A stretch of 62,439 bases of DNA, the filler included, from Catajapyx aquilonaris (lineage: Eukaryota), in NCBI GenBank assembly GCA_000934665.2. It is 4 parts of 4 records of this genome, joined end to end, with 100 filler letters (N's around TTAATTAATTAA, not from the genome) between each part and the next. Parts side by side here need not be neighbours in the genome. Positions count along the whole stretch, not along the records: positions 31,171 to 46,645 come from JYFJ02007489.1; positions 46,746 to 62,439 come from JYFJ02007490.1; 2 more parts are not named here. One strand, given 5' to 3'. Numbering within the stretch: the stretch's first letter is position 1; each line of letters opens with the position of its first letter. Below the pieces are notes generated by a model, which saw only the letters and a program-made list of their open reading frames with translations, was not told where the DNA came from and ran no database searches. Positions 36,457 through 49,700 of this stretch are shown here, piece after piece. A program made the translations under genes and the position numbers.

Positions 36457-36643
36457 CATCAAATTTTCTCACATTTACTCTCGACAGTTCTTGAGATGCA
36501 GGGTGGATGGGGATTGGCTGGAATATCAGAAGCCTCATTCTCTTCCTTCCCCTCCTGCCCATATGCCTAATGAGGTGATCAAAAGCTCATGCTGCATAAG
36601 ACAGAAGCAGAAATGTAGTAGAATATTATTGGATATCCATTAT

Positions 36644-37815
36644 TCAATCAATCAATCAATTCAATTTCTTTTACCTCGGTGAGAGGCTTCACTGAGGGAC
36701 ACCACTATACATTATTCACTTATTCGACATGCTATAGAAACAAATTGCAACATTATCCAGAGGTGGGGGGAGTAGGGGGGAGTTTGAACAGGTTTAAGTT
36801 CATCAAAATTCAAAGTGGATGATTCAACAGCTTATAAGTTTCCATGCCATTTAGTCACGTAAGTGAGGAAGTACTACATCTGTTTTAATTGTTTTTCTGA
36901 AGGTGGTGTAGGACAGACAAAAAGCCAGACCTAGGAGAGATTGGTAAGTCTTGTAACAGACTTTGACGGCCCCCTGTATGCATCGGACATTCGAAAAAAA
37001 TGTGGAACCAATCATCGTCAGAATCCATATTGCATAAGGTGCAGCTATCATTTGGGTTTATTCTAACTCTCCTTTTTTCTCCCAACGGTATCCAATTTGA
37101 TCCAAGCCGAAGACAGGCCAGGAGTCTGCATAAGTTTATCTGTATTGGCTTTCCTATGTAATAAGCGGGAAAATATCTATGTTTATCATAGTGTTGTGCA
37201 TTTTTGCTATTCCTATCCGATTTTTCAAGATACTTAAAGTCATTTTAAATTTCCACATCTTACATCGTCTGAGTTAACGCTTTCATTCCCAAATTTTTTA
37301 CATGGGAGAAAAAAAAATTTACTGCTAGTTTCCATCATTAGAGGTGACATAAAACCCATAAAACATAAAAGCTTGGATATATCTGTTAGTCAATATCAGT
37401 AGCTTCTTTACATTTGAGTCCATACGGCAACACTGGTATTTCAACGTTATGAGCTCAAGAACAGCACATATTAAATGTTAAAATACGTGTTGCCATATGG
37501 CTACAGTGGGAATGAAAGGGTTAAGAATACATATTTTTGAAGCCAGAGGGGGTCTTCCTTCGTTGTGAAGTTTGTTATTGACTGGCCGTATTCGTTCAGA
37601 AGTGAATCTAATTGTTTAGTCCAGTTGAAACGAGCTAAGGGGTTTGAGTAAGTAAGTACTTCAATGCTCTGTGCGGTAATCTCTGTGGATCCATATTCAC
37701 AACTCTCTTAAGATATTTAACTGCATGGAGGATAACTTTAACTTTAAGTGGAGGGCGGCCAGTTTCTAATCTTAATAAGTAGCCAGCCGTTTGCTTACCT
37801 GTCACAAGGATATCC
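36644..37815 (-). mobile_element. 5'-truncated, decayed LINE (ORF2 C-terminus)
   Basis: GYLLRLETGRPPL..KYLKRVVNMDPQRLPH, then LLACLRLGSNWIP and the CCHC finger CTLCNMDSDDDWFHIFFEC; (ATTG)n tail at ~36644-36665; stop codons present. Confidence 0.85.
37278..37520. mobile_element. piggyBac-like MITE inserted in the LINE
   Basis: TTAA|CGCTTTCATTCCCA ... TGGGAATGAAAGGG|TTAA; LINE sequence resumes on both sides. Confidence 0.85.
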
Positions 37816-38866
37816 ATTATTGAGAAAAGGAACAGTTTAAATAGCTTGCACTGTTGACTACATTTCACTAACAATGAAACTTTTTCATCATCACAAGTCA
37901 ATTTTGCTGGATTTAAATTATTTTCTCAATATTGGAGGAAAAATTAAGATGTAGTGAAACATGCATCCAATGGGGTTATTCCATTCCATTTTCTGTGCTG
38001 AACAGGTTTTCATTATACTGTGTTTCAGAAATTAGCCCAACCGTATTGTTGAAAATTTTATGGATGATCACCGCAATCACCTCACTCTTGGCTGCTTATG
38101 TATATTTTAATGTACAGTACAAGTATACCATTGGAAAGCCTATTAAGTTAGCATTTAAATGCTGTTCATAAATCAGTGCTACACTTGCTGACAGACATCA
38201 GATGTAATGAACTAGTGGGCCTTAAGATGTGGAATGCCTAAGAAGCATTTCTTTAGTTCTTCGACATTAGTTGACAATTAAGAGCAACAACTTTTATCAT
38301 AAGCCATTCTGAGTTAAAGTATTTTAATTTAGCAATATGTCAATGTTTTTTTAGCAGTAGGCTCTGATAGGTGAGAGACTGGATTCAAGTTGCAAATAAT
38401 AGCCTGCAGCGGGTAGTTGGGAGATAAAAGTTTTTATGAAGTTTTTTTTTGGGGGGGGGGGGGNGGGGGCGGGGGTAAGGTATTGGCCAGCATTTTTTGG
38501 GGGGTGTTACTGTTGGACTAGCGGTACTTACATTGTCCAAGAACTATAAGAAGGCCTTATGCTGACCTTACTGAAAGTGGTTGAGAGAAGCCATCAAGGG
38601 GAGATGATATGGAAACTTCCCATGTTAAAGGGGGAGTTGCTGATGCTCATGATTTTGGCAGGGAGAAGAATTATGTCACCTGCTGTACTTCACCACTTTA
38701 AGTTCAATGGCCTTAGGTGGCTTCTCGGTCATAGGAATATTCAATAGGAAGGCTTGGAACCATGTGGTCCAGGTGGGACCTGTTTTATGCTGGTAATTTG
38801 TTCCAGCAATGGAATGGTGTAAAATTAAGTGGTGTAAAACATTCCGCCTGTATATCAATATCTATA

Positions 38867-39290
38867 CAGGGTGTATCTGAACTCAGTGCCCCGACGTATA
38901 TGACTGCCTTCCTAGCCACCAGAGGATCGATTTAAGTATAGGAGTCATATGTCTGGGCAGCCTCATTACTGAGATACACTCTTTAGCGATTTTTGCCTAA
39001 TCGCTCCTTCTGACTTCTAAATAGAATTTTCTGGTGTAACTAGCCAAAGAGGCCTTACCACCTGTGGGCAACAAACCAACAAAGTCCCGCCCCCAGACCT
39101 TCCAGAGCCTTTTGACAGGGGGAGGGTTCGATGGGTGGCCTAACCGACAGGATATTTTGTACTACATGTTTGCGGCCAATTATCTCCGTAATGCGGCGGC
39201 CAAACATAATGACTCCTATACTTAAATCGATCCTCTGGTGGCTAGGAAGGCAGTCATATATGTCGGGGCACTGAGTTCAGATACACCCTG
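38867..39290. mobile_element. Tc1/mariner-type MITE
   Basis: TA|CAGGGTGTATCTGAACTCAGTGCCCCGAC ... GTCGGGGCACTGAGTTCAGATACACCCTG|TA, ~80-bp TIRs. Confidence 0.92.
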
Positions 39291-39771
39291 TAGACCTCTT
39301 TCCCTTCTGTGGTGATCACCTAAGACCAATCCCTTCAGAATCATGCAAATCAGGTGGTTTATTTCAAACATATTCCAGACCTTGTGGGTGTGATACTGGT
39401 CTCTGCAGGCACAAAATCACTGATATGTGAATGCAAGTGGTGCTTGCTGTATGAGTGAGAAACCTGTGCTTGCAGTGCTGAATCTGTGGGTGGGGAGCTC
39501 ACCTTTGGCAGACATGTTCTCTGATCAACCCAATATTAGCAGTTGATATCTTTGATAACCTGTGCAAGTAACTGTTCAGAAGTAATTGCTAAATAATAAG
39601 CTGCTTACAGAAAGATATATCTATAAATGAATTAGAGAGTGAGTTTGGAACACCATTGTCATTGTAGTGGCTTGGTGGTGGTGAATGCTGTGTTGTACTT
39701 TTATGTGAGAAGTACCTTTCCAGACTTATACTTGTGGGCCATCTATAACTTACATAATTACTCATTTTCAG

Positions 39772-40214
39772 CTACACAGCGTACATCCAAGAAGTCACGG
39801 CGCCCCGACCCAAACGCACAACCCCCTCCAAGTTATCTACCAGGAATGTATGGCCAGAATCCATATGACCACAACCAGCCCCAGGGACAAGCGGCTCCAA
39901 CTTTATTTGATGACACAAGCGGATATGGACCACCACTTCACAACCAGCCACCTCCATATTCAGGCAGTCCCTATTACCAACCCACTCCCCACCTCAACCA
40001 GCAGACTTTCAACATCCCTGGCCAGCTGCTGTCAGATCCAATGGCCAACATGGCTATGCAGTATGGCCAGAGCCTAGTGGGTCAAGGGAGAGATCTGGTT
40101 GACCGAAAACTGGAGAAATATGTGTCAGTTGACAAGCTCAAGTATTACTTTGCTGTCGACACTAGTTATGTGGTGAAGAAGCTGGGCCTCCTCTTTTTTC
40201 CCTTCAGCCACTCG
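39772..40214 (+). CDS. YIF1: YIF1 (Yip1-interacting factor, ER-Golgi membrane protein) coding exon
   Basis: LFDDTS...[62 protein letters not shown] matches YIF1A/B; acceptor TTTTCAG, donor TCG|GTGAGT. Later exons not found before the gap. Confidence 0.95.
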
Positions 40215-40500
40215 GTGAGTGTACCTGTTGATATTGCTGTGTTCTGCTAATGGGCAAAAGACAGAAATATGAAAGGCCTAGTGGCCTTACTATAAAGCAA
40301 TGGAACTGAAGATTGGAAATTTTACTTACTTTTAATATATGCAAATGTGATCCTATTTATGACATATAATACAAGACTTTGGCTATATTTATCAGTTCTT
40401 ACCCATAAGTTATAGTACTGCTAATAAGAGCTGAGAGAGGTGCAGTGTTGTAGTTTGCTCTTCTACAACGTTCCCCAAAGTTGTTGGTTGATTCTAACAA

Positions 40501-41469
40501 TGTTGTCAATGGAGTTGCTGAATGAAGCGTGGCACAATAATGTAGTCTGGTAAGTTATTAAACAAAATGCAAACCATTTCTTCGGAGTGCTACAAGGTCA
40601 AAAGTTCTAACCTCTCAATGTCAGCTCGGACAGCTTACCTTACGAGTGAAGTTTCAGATATTGCACTAAAAAAAAGCAGACCTTTTATTACATCACTGGA
40701 AAGGGATAATTACTCTGATTACAACGAGCTAAATTGCTAAATCGCAGCCATATTTGAAAGTCATTTTAAAAACCCTCGATTAGTCTTTGACTGCGATTAG
40801 TCAATTTCCTTACGGCCTCACGATTATTAGACTAAAACTTTTGTATATGCAATGGGCCAATGGCCTTCTACCGAGCCGACAAATATATATTTAAAAACAG
40901 TTTCCCTGCTTTCTCTCTCTTTATACTGTACAGTTCTATCCCACCCTGTCATATTAATTATACGTAAGATGTGCTCGTTGTACGGACACGTTTTGATTTG
41001 AACACATTGTCACAAACAGTTGTAGATATGCTAATGTATTTCACTTCATCTGCAAGTGGTTTGTTTCCGGTGTATGATAAATTAGGGAACTTGATCTTCT
41101 GAATTTTCCAATAGTAAGCTATATAATAAGCTGGATTTGATGCCAATCGTGTATGTGATTTGAGAGAAAATAATTTTTGTATAATTTTTTTCCCCGGAAA
41201 AATTCCGAAGCGACTTTTAAAAATATGGCTATGATCTAGAAATTTGGCTCGTTGTAATCAGAGTAATATCCCTTTCCAGTGATGTAATAAAATGTCTGCT
41301 TTTTTTGCGTGTGACATCTGAAACTCGTAAGGTAAGCTGTCCGGGCTGACATCGAGAGGTCATAACTTTTGACCTTGTAGTGCTCCGCAGAAACTGTTTG
41401 CATTTTGTTTAATAACTTACCTGCCTAGTTTATTGTGCCAAGTTTCATTCAGAAACTTCGTTGACAACA
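40501..41469. mobile_element. Non-autonomous DNA element with ~250-bp diverged inverted arms
   Basis: 40501-40757 is the reverse complement of ~41217-41469 (for example GGTAAGTTATTAAACAAAATGCAAAC / GTTTGCATTTTGTTTAATAACTTACC). Confidence 0.8.
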
Positions 41470-42229
41470 CTTACTGTTTTCTCGTAAGATGGTTCTAAGA
41501 GTAATGGATTTTCTTCATTCTTTCTGATGTGCACTGAAAACTTCCACAATGAATGTTAGTCTTGTAATTAGTACTGACCGACCAACTGATCTTAATATAT
41601 CATGTGGTCCAAGAAATGTATCTTGCATGACCGAATTTAGGGCTTTGTTACCAACCAGTTCATTGTGGGGTTAACAAGTTGAAGAACTGTCATGGCAAAT
41701 GGAAGTGGAGATTAAGCAAGAAGTCAGCAATGTTGGGGTTTTAGTAAGGTTCGAAATCACAAGGAAGTTCATTGCTGATTGGTCATGCCATTCTGGGCCA
41801 TACCTTTGTAGGATAATTTATTCTGTTCTGACTGTTCAGGCAACTGTGAAGTTAAAGCATGGAGAAGTCTAAAGGTTAGGCTACATAATCTTATTATGGC
41901 TTGGGTTTTGCAAGGCTGCCTTTTTAGTTATTAAAACTAGCCACATCTTTAGGAAATTAACTCGATTCACTTGTTACACTACCGTATGCAAAACCAAGGA
42001 ATGTGTCAGCTCAATTATCAAATTTTGCTATGGTCCAAGTAACAAATGTCTTTTTCAAAAAACTGTTCTAGGATGCAACTTATGATTGGACTGAATTTGT
42101 TGCATCAGGTGAGGCATTAGCTAATTTAAGGGGTGGTTTTATGAAAGCAAATTAGGGGAAACCTCAAATTATGTGTAGGTCTGATTATTTACAATACATA
42201 ATATGATATTATGAAAGATTTTCTTCTTG

Positions 42230-43016
42230 CCGTATTACCTCACTTCAAGAGGCATGCAGGTATAAAACGAGGTTGACCAGCATGCCAGTATAACCCGGGG
42301 GTGGCCGGCATGCCGCAATAACCGAGGTAGATTTCCATCATCGTGATCATTGGCAAAATTTTGAATGCATCTAGTCCTGTACTAAAATAATGTTACTGTT
42401 AAAAATGTGCGAGTGCAGGCCTACAGGGCTGTGAGAATTTGCATAAGTTTGTCTGTTGCACCTGGCATAGAGTGGGACCAATGACATATTCAGCCTGCTC
42501 TGAAAGGGGATCCCCTCTAAACATTACAGCGGATCGAGGCAAATTCCTTCAGTCCTTCGTTTTGCTCAATAGTTCGCTGGTCACAGATCTCGTTGGCAAT
42601 CAGAGGATCACTGTGTAGTGGTATCAATTTGCCTGAGAAGCCTTGTTATGCAGATAATAAAATCCCAACCCAACGTATGAAATATCCTGGTAGGTATGCG
42701 TCCCTTTATGCAGCCTTGCACTTTTAATTGAAACTGTTACCGTGAAATTGGAACTTAACAAACGATCTTATGGGATGTGTGATGTGTCAGGTAATGGTGT
42801 CCTGGGCTGTATCCGCACCGTAGAACATGGTGTAATGCATTCATTTGAGTAATAATTTTCATAGAAATCGGGATAATGCTGTGCTTAAGAAAACGTCGCC
42901 TTATACCGGCATACCTCGCGTAGGCCGCCATGCCGGTATAGCCACCTGATCGTGCATTTCTAAAAACTGGTCGACCTTAACTACACCGGCATGCCGCTTT
43001 AAGTGAGGTAATACAG
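42230..43016. mobile_element. pogo/Tigger-like MITE
   Basis: CCGTATTACCTCACTT / AAGTGAGGTAATACAG|TA with GGCATGCCGG-type subterminal repeats. Confidence 0.7.
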
Positions 43017-43044
43017 TAGTTTTCATTGATCCAAGTGGCTCTAG

Positions 43045-44391
43045 AGGTCAATTTACATATACGCGAATAAACACTTGCGAGCGATTGTCACGTTTTGCTT
43101 CTTCGCGTCTTTTACATCACGAAGTGAGTGAATGTTTGGAAAATTTTTAGGGCATTCACATATCCGCGATGTGTTAGTTTTCTGAAGCATGCACTGTGGA
43201 GCAGGGCAGGTAGGAGGGAGGACGGGGTCAGGGTCAGGGTGAGCCGAGGCGGGCAGAGGGATGTCTTGAGCTGAGAAAGATGGCGGAGCCCTGTGCTGCG
43301 GAGGCAGCTGGCGTGGCAGAGAAAATGCTGCTGAACTGACCTCTGAAGGGCGTCCTGGTCACAATGCACCAAGTGGGGCAGGAGCTGGACATGGTGCGGA
43401 GGCTGGTTGGCTCCGGAGTTTGCGACAAAATAATAGGTAACTTCTGAGCTCGGGCATCCGCATTCCTAACATGGCTGGGTGGCTCGAACCAGCCCCAAAA
43501 TTCACTTCGTAAAAATCTCGTCAAAAATTCGCTTCTGTCTGTCTCTGATAGACGAGCGCAATTTTGTGTTTAGAAGTGCAAGTAACCAAAATTCGCTTGC
43601 ATCTTGAGAGGATTTGCTGATACGTGAACGGGCAATTCCACGTGAACGTGATCACCTTTTGCACGAAAAAATTTGCCTGTCGATGAGTGTGAGATATGTT
43701 TGAGTCCATGTCAAGTTATGACCTTTCCCATAAGGATTTGGAACTATATTATTAAGTGAATTAAACCCAAAGGACAAGCGTACACTACCTGAGACATGAA
43801 GACGGACCTAGGTGGGCCGCTCATTTTCATTCTGCGGGCGTGGCCACTAGCGCAGCGCTCCACGTCAGTACCTATAGCTCCGTAACCATTTCGTATTCCA
43901 AAATTCCGTTTGTACCACTGATAGAGGACACTGTGAGGTGTATGATATCAATGTGATGGCATTTGACTTTGGCACTTTTTTGAAAATGTCATTTGTTTGC
44001 AAAAATGTCGCATTTTGACATGAATTTGCGCAGCTATCGGAAAGTGACTATTTTTGTCGGAACGAAGAGACAATTTCACACATGAAACATGTATTACATC
44101 ATGTATTTATGTTGTCATGTAAATGTAATAGGGGGGCGCCTCTAACTGTGATCCAAGTGCAATTAGCGCCTGTAGATTGGCAACCACGCATCGGCGGACC
44201 AAATCCTTATGGGAAAGGTCATAACTTGACATAGACTCAAACATATCTCACACTCATCGACGGGCAAATTTTTTCGTGCAAAAGGTGATCACGTTCACGT
44301 GGAATTGCCCGAACGCCTTTTGTTGAAGCGAATTCACTGAAAGCTGAAATTCGCTCACTTTTGATGCTATTTCGCGTATGTGAATTGACCT
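43045..44391. mobile_element. PIF/Harbinger-like MITE (host of a nested insertion)
   Basis: AGGTCAATTTACATATACGCGAA / TTCGCGTATGTGAATTGACCT, flanked by TAG and TAA. Confidence 0.65.
43630..44310. mobile_element. Sola2-like MITE
   Basis: ~110-bp TIRs GGGCAATTCCACGTGAACG / CGTTCACGTGGAATTGCCC, 4-bp TSD GAAC. Confidence 0.88.
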
Positions 44392-44631
44392 TAAATATTG
44401 AAATAGTTCAACTCTTCCATGGTTGAAGGACTTCTTACATAAGCTGTAACATGACACTCTGCTGGTGTCTTTATCCATACCAGTTGAATCTGGTGACAAC
44501 TGATAAATGCCGGCATGGCCCTGCACAGGCAGGGCCCGTGAAAAGGAATAGTATGGAATCGCTACGCTCCCAATGTTAATTTGCCGACTTCATAACTCGC
44601 AATCAGGTTAACCGATTTCAAATCGGAAATA

Positions 44632-45198
44632 CAGTAAAACTTCTATAAGTCGAACTTCCCTAAGTCGAAGTTCTCTATAAGTCGAAGAAAATAACGAGCT
44701 TGGTTGGTCACAATGTAAAATAATAGGAAATAAACTTCCTTAATTCTAATTTCTATAACTCGAAGTTCTCCATAACTCGAAGTGCAGGCAGGGCCTTACG
44801 ACGGGATATCAATGCACTTTCAGTCTCCCTAAATCGACGTTCATGTTGGCGAGTACAGAAAATTTTCTCATTTCCCAGCCGAAGGGTCTAGAATAGGCCA
44901 CATGTACAGAAAGGCTCAAGAAGTGTTTGACTCGATTGTGACAATTGAATCCTTGAATTTAAGAGTAGACAAAATGTTCATAATAGAGATTTTTTTACAA
45001 CAAAACCATGAGGAACATTGTAAGTGTGATAGTGAGTTACTTTGAAGTTTTGAACACCTTTCGTCGCTGGATATAATGGTAGTCTTCCTTATAGAGTCAT
45101 GTGCTTTAAAAAAATCCAAACTTCTCTAACTCGAATCTTCTATAACTCGGAAGTTTTTTCCCGGTCCCATGGAGATTCCACTTATGGAAGTTTTACTG
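44632..45198. mobile_element. Tc1/pogo-type MITE
   Basis: TA|CAGTAAAACTTCTATAAGT ... ACTTATGGAAGTTTTACTG|TA with CTATAACTCGAA repeats. Confidence 0.85.
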
Positions 45199-45584
45199 TA
45201 AGTTTACACTCCGCTAACTCCAGTAACCAACTTTAGATAGATAAACAACAACTAGGGTCATTACCGGTGTCACTAGCTGGGGTCAAAGTTCAACAATCTG
45301 TCGTTACTTCGACAAGGGTACAGCCTAAACGGTGCATCGTAGAGGGTCATACAATGTGTCATTAGAACCGCTATGTTCCCAGGAGGTGCCCTTCTGCCTA
45401 CCGTTTTTTGAAAAAAAAACTTTACTTTTTGAGTTACGAGGTGATTTCGATAGTGTCAGTTTTGTGGCTCTCGCTCTCTTTCTGTACCACAGAAATATGC
45501 CCGACGCGACATCGTGTTATTTAAAAAACCTAAAATTTCTTTACGTTACCGGTACTTTATTATGATGATGAAAAGAATGAAATA

Positions 45585-46070
45585 AAAATAGCCAGTAAAA
45601 CTGCCGAAAACTATTCTTCCTCTGGGTGAGATTAAAAGTAAGAAATAAGTCCATAGGTGGGGGTTGGTTTGTGTCATGGGGATGTGTGACAATATCATCA
45701 TACTAAACATATATAGATGTTTTCTCCTGTCCTGAATGGGGGATAAAAAGTTTTGAGGAAGAAACAAAACAACCAGTTATTTATGTAGTTTTTGTGTCTC
45801 CTGAAAAATTGGACTTAGGCCAGTTGCATTTAATTTAATTCAAAACATTCGTGCTTTGGGGCTGGGAAGAATTAGGCAGAGTACGAGAGTCGAGTACATA
45901 AAAGCGATATCTGCCTCATTCTTCCCAGCCCCAAAGCACAAATGTTTGAAATTAAATTAAATTGTCACACATCCCCATGACACAAACCAACCCCCTCCTA
46001 TGGACTTGTTTCTTACTTTTAATCTCACCCAGAGGAAGAGTAGTTTTTGGCACTTTTACTGGCAATTTTT
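45585..46070. mobile_element. Palindromic foldback element
   Basis: ~105-bp outer inverted arms and an inner arm GTGCTTTGGGGCTGGGAAGAAT / ATTCTTCCCAGCCCCAAAGCAC. Confidence 0.75.
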
Positions 46071-46645
46071 CTTTGTTGCACCCACAAACACAACAGACTC
46101 AGTTGAGACACTTGATTTGAATCTAATATTCTTGAGGACATGGCTGGACATGGCTGCCCAAGCCAAGGGATTCAGATTATCCTATTTTCTTTGTAGGGGG
46201 TTTTGGACCAAAGTGACGGTGAATATTACATGTAGTGTGGTCAAGGATGCTAAAAATGAGTGTGATATACTCTATAGATAACCCAGGCTAAGATTTCATA
46301 TATACTTGCTCTGATCTGAAAATATTGGGACACCCCCAAAAAATGGAGTGGTGGGGTTATACACAGGATGTGATAAAAAGTTTCCATTAAGATTATCTGG
46401 ACTTTAGAATGGATAATTATGAATAGTAACAGTTGAGCTAGGAGGATACCAAATTTGAAGTTCATTTGACAGTTAACAACTGAAATAAATACGATTATAC
46501 CTTGGACAGTGAATTTCTGTGGGGTCTGGTAAAAATTGCTGCCACTAAGTTAATTTCTTACTTAGCGGGATGTAAATGTTGATAATGAACCTGAGGGGCC
46601 GCACAAACCCAAAAACAGTTATGACATTAATTACAAAAAATCTAG

Positions 46646-46745
46646 NNNNNNNNNNNNNNNNNNNNNNNNNNNNNNNNNNNNNNNNNNNNTTAATTAATTA
46701 ANNNNNNNNNNNNNNNNNNNNNNNNNNNNNNNNNNNNNNNNNNNN
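46646..46745. other. Artificial contig spacer
   Basis: 44 N + TTAATTAATTAA + 44 N. Confidence 0.97.
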
Positions 46746-49700
46746 TTCTGAGTACACCACGTGCGGCCGAATAAAAGGAAGTCTGGTTGAATGCATTTGT
46801 TGCACTCACTTCCACTCTTGGTGCCTGTTTTTATATAAAAAAATATATTTCTGAACCGGGGTATGCTGGAAATAATACAGCGTGTACTAGCTCGCGAAAT
46901 GTCAACCCACGAAGGCAACCTTGAAGGCACAGTTATACCCCATTTATAGCAAGCTTTGCCTGAAATAGTGTAAACACAGTACTCGACTAGCTGGCACTTT
47001 TTTTTTTTAAACTCCCTTGAGAAAAAGCCTTGCCGTCGGCATCTTGGCCTTGAACTTACACAGAATCCCATGAAGCGCACAAATAATGCTGTTTACTGAC
47101 AAAATAAGTCCGTAGAGAACTAGATACGCTCAGTTGCATATTTTTACCTTCGGCAGTACAACGTCAAAGGCATCAAATATAGCGAACGACTACAACAACA
47201 CACTCGCAATCTCGAATGGATTCCCCCTTCATTCAAAGCGGGGTGCGGTTTTTGTAATCCCTCAAAATTCCATATGCCGCATCCTTTTTAGCAATCACTT
47301 CATAGCTGATAGGTTTGAAAGCCGGATGAAGAACCCTTCAGGGTGAAAAACCGCGGAAGTAAAAAGGTTGAGCTCTCGGACACTCGTATTCAAATTCCAA
47401 TCCAGCATAAAAATGTGCGCAGTTGTTATTGAATGACAACACTTCAACAAATCAGCAATTGTATATTTTAAAAAACTTGATTATTAATTTTGCTGTCAGG
47501 TAATTGAAAAATAATGGACGTGGTTGGTTAGCGGAGAGCGTCGATTTTTTCGCATTTCCACTCTTTCAATTTCTGCACGGTCCCAGTATGCTCATTACAT
47601 GGCATGTGACACACCGGTCCTTGGAGGTGGCCACGTCAGCCCCTGTACGATGACGTATATCTCGCACCGATAATAATGAACATCGAGGTCGCGAGCATTG
47701 ATCTCAATACTGCACAACCTCCCCCTCCAACCGGTTTTTGCTCGCCGATTCCATTCATCTCGCGACAACCTGACCTCGTCCCCTAGGTTAGGACCCGGGA
47801 CTTGTACATGCCACATCTCCCTGTCCCCCCCCCNGCCCCCCGGGTGATGACGACGTACTCATCGATTTTCCCATAAAACAAAGGCGTCGCAGCGGGGGAT
47901 TTCAATGGGATGGCAGACTCGTCCAAAAACTAGACCCGAAAACGCTCTTTTTTTTCTAGCTCTCTCCTCCCTTCCAGACCCTCCCAGCCCAGCAGCCACC
48001 CCATATTTTGGCTCTTTTCCCTTTTTCCATGGATGCTGAATTTTTTTTTTTTCCCCCTGTGACTGAGTAGGTGGCCCACCCCATATCTAGGTATAGGAAG
48101 ACTCGTTGCGCACCGCTGTTTCCCATCCCTCCCGTGTTGCCGGGTTGGCCAGATTATGCCGCAGGGCTTATCGACTGCAAGACGATCTGGGCTTGCGCTT
48201 TTGCGAAGGAAAATGTATGCCCCACCTAGGACTGCCGGGCTTGTTGCTAGAGGTTGGGAGGGGGTAGGCAGGCCAGGCAGGCAGGTTGGGTGGGTGGGAT
48301 GGGGAAGATAGGTGTCCAACCCCAAGATATAAATGGGAAGGGATCTAGCCCGGAAGTGGAACTTGCACGAATTATGTTTCCATGTCCCTCCGTCTAATCC
48401 CGTCATTTGTTTACTGGGTGTCCAAAATCCTACCTCCTTTTTTTTTTCAGTATTATCCGGGGGGAAAAAAAACTCGAGGGATGGAGCTCAGAGAGGGGTG
48501 GGTGTCCCAATTTTTTTTATTTTATATAGAACCCACCGCCAAATCCCGTACAACTTTGCAGAGTGCACCGTGACTCCTCAATGAGTTTCGCGTTTTCTGG
48601 GCCGGAAGTTGGCATGCGAAACATGCAGCCGGAATTTTCGCCAATAGGAATTCCTCGGCTCCCAATTCCGAGGGCTCTCCTGACCGGAGAAGATCCCCGC
48701 CCATCAAATGTTTTAAGCAAACATCTTTCTGGTCCATGTGACAACGCTGGATTGGATCCGTGCCACCAGAGGTGGGGCATCAATGGCAACAACAACAATG
48801 AAAAAAAAAAGAGGTAGTAATATCTAAGAAGTGGTGCGGGGGAGAGGAGTATTAAAAGGGAACGCTTATATACCCTGGACCATTCCACAAACCCCCCTCT
48901 GGGTCCAGCGAACACTGCTCCGCACCTTATCGTATAATTTGTAGTTATAATATGGGCATGAAGTTAATACAGGGTAACAAAAGTACCTCTGGAATGGCAC
49001 AATATCCGAGGGTTTGAGACGCGGAGAACCACGCGTCGTATATATAAAACTGCCGGATTTCATAACCGGTACAGCCGGACCCGATAGGGACAGCACTTGG
49101 GTACAGTCGCCGACAAAAGGTTTGTGCCAGGTGTCAATGCACTTTAATTCGGCAGACACACTACCCTGGGCAAGAATTACACTGTCAACCTATTCACTGC
49201 CTGGTAAAGGTACATTGCACCCAGTTCTCAATTAGAACTGTCACAATATTTACCCGACAATGCATCTCTTTTGCACACAAAAACATTGTGGAAACAGGCC
49301 TCTAAAAGGGGGGAAAAAATTCAACACCTACTGTGTAGTATACAGTCAAGGGGGCGGCTTTCATCTAGGCGTCAATATTTATTACCCCAGTTGTAAGTGA
49401 CGGAGGGGACCGCCTATAAATTACGACACGCTATATTTAACTACTTATACGCGCCCCTCCCCTTTAAATGACTCTGGTCTTAAAGACACACTCTCCTCCT
49501 TGCTTCTATTCCGCATATCCGTTCCAGGATTGAAGACTAGATCCGATATGGACCTGGATTTCACGACATTCGACATTAGTAGCCCTTTTTAGTATGGAGG
49601 ATCTATCCTCATCACAGCGGTGCAGCGGAAGTGTGGGCGGAAATTACCTAATCTGAGGTTGCAAGTGATAACTACGACATAAATAGAATAACACACACAC

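Noticed and set aside
15520..46745. TTAATTAATTAA as a biological repeat, or synteny of YIF1, UBL3 and the RNA cluster
   Set aside because: The motif is always centred in exactly 100-bp N spacers, so it is an assembly linker and the contigs may be unlinked.
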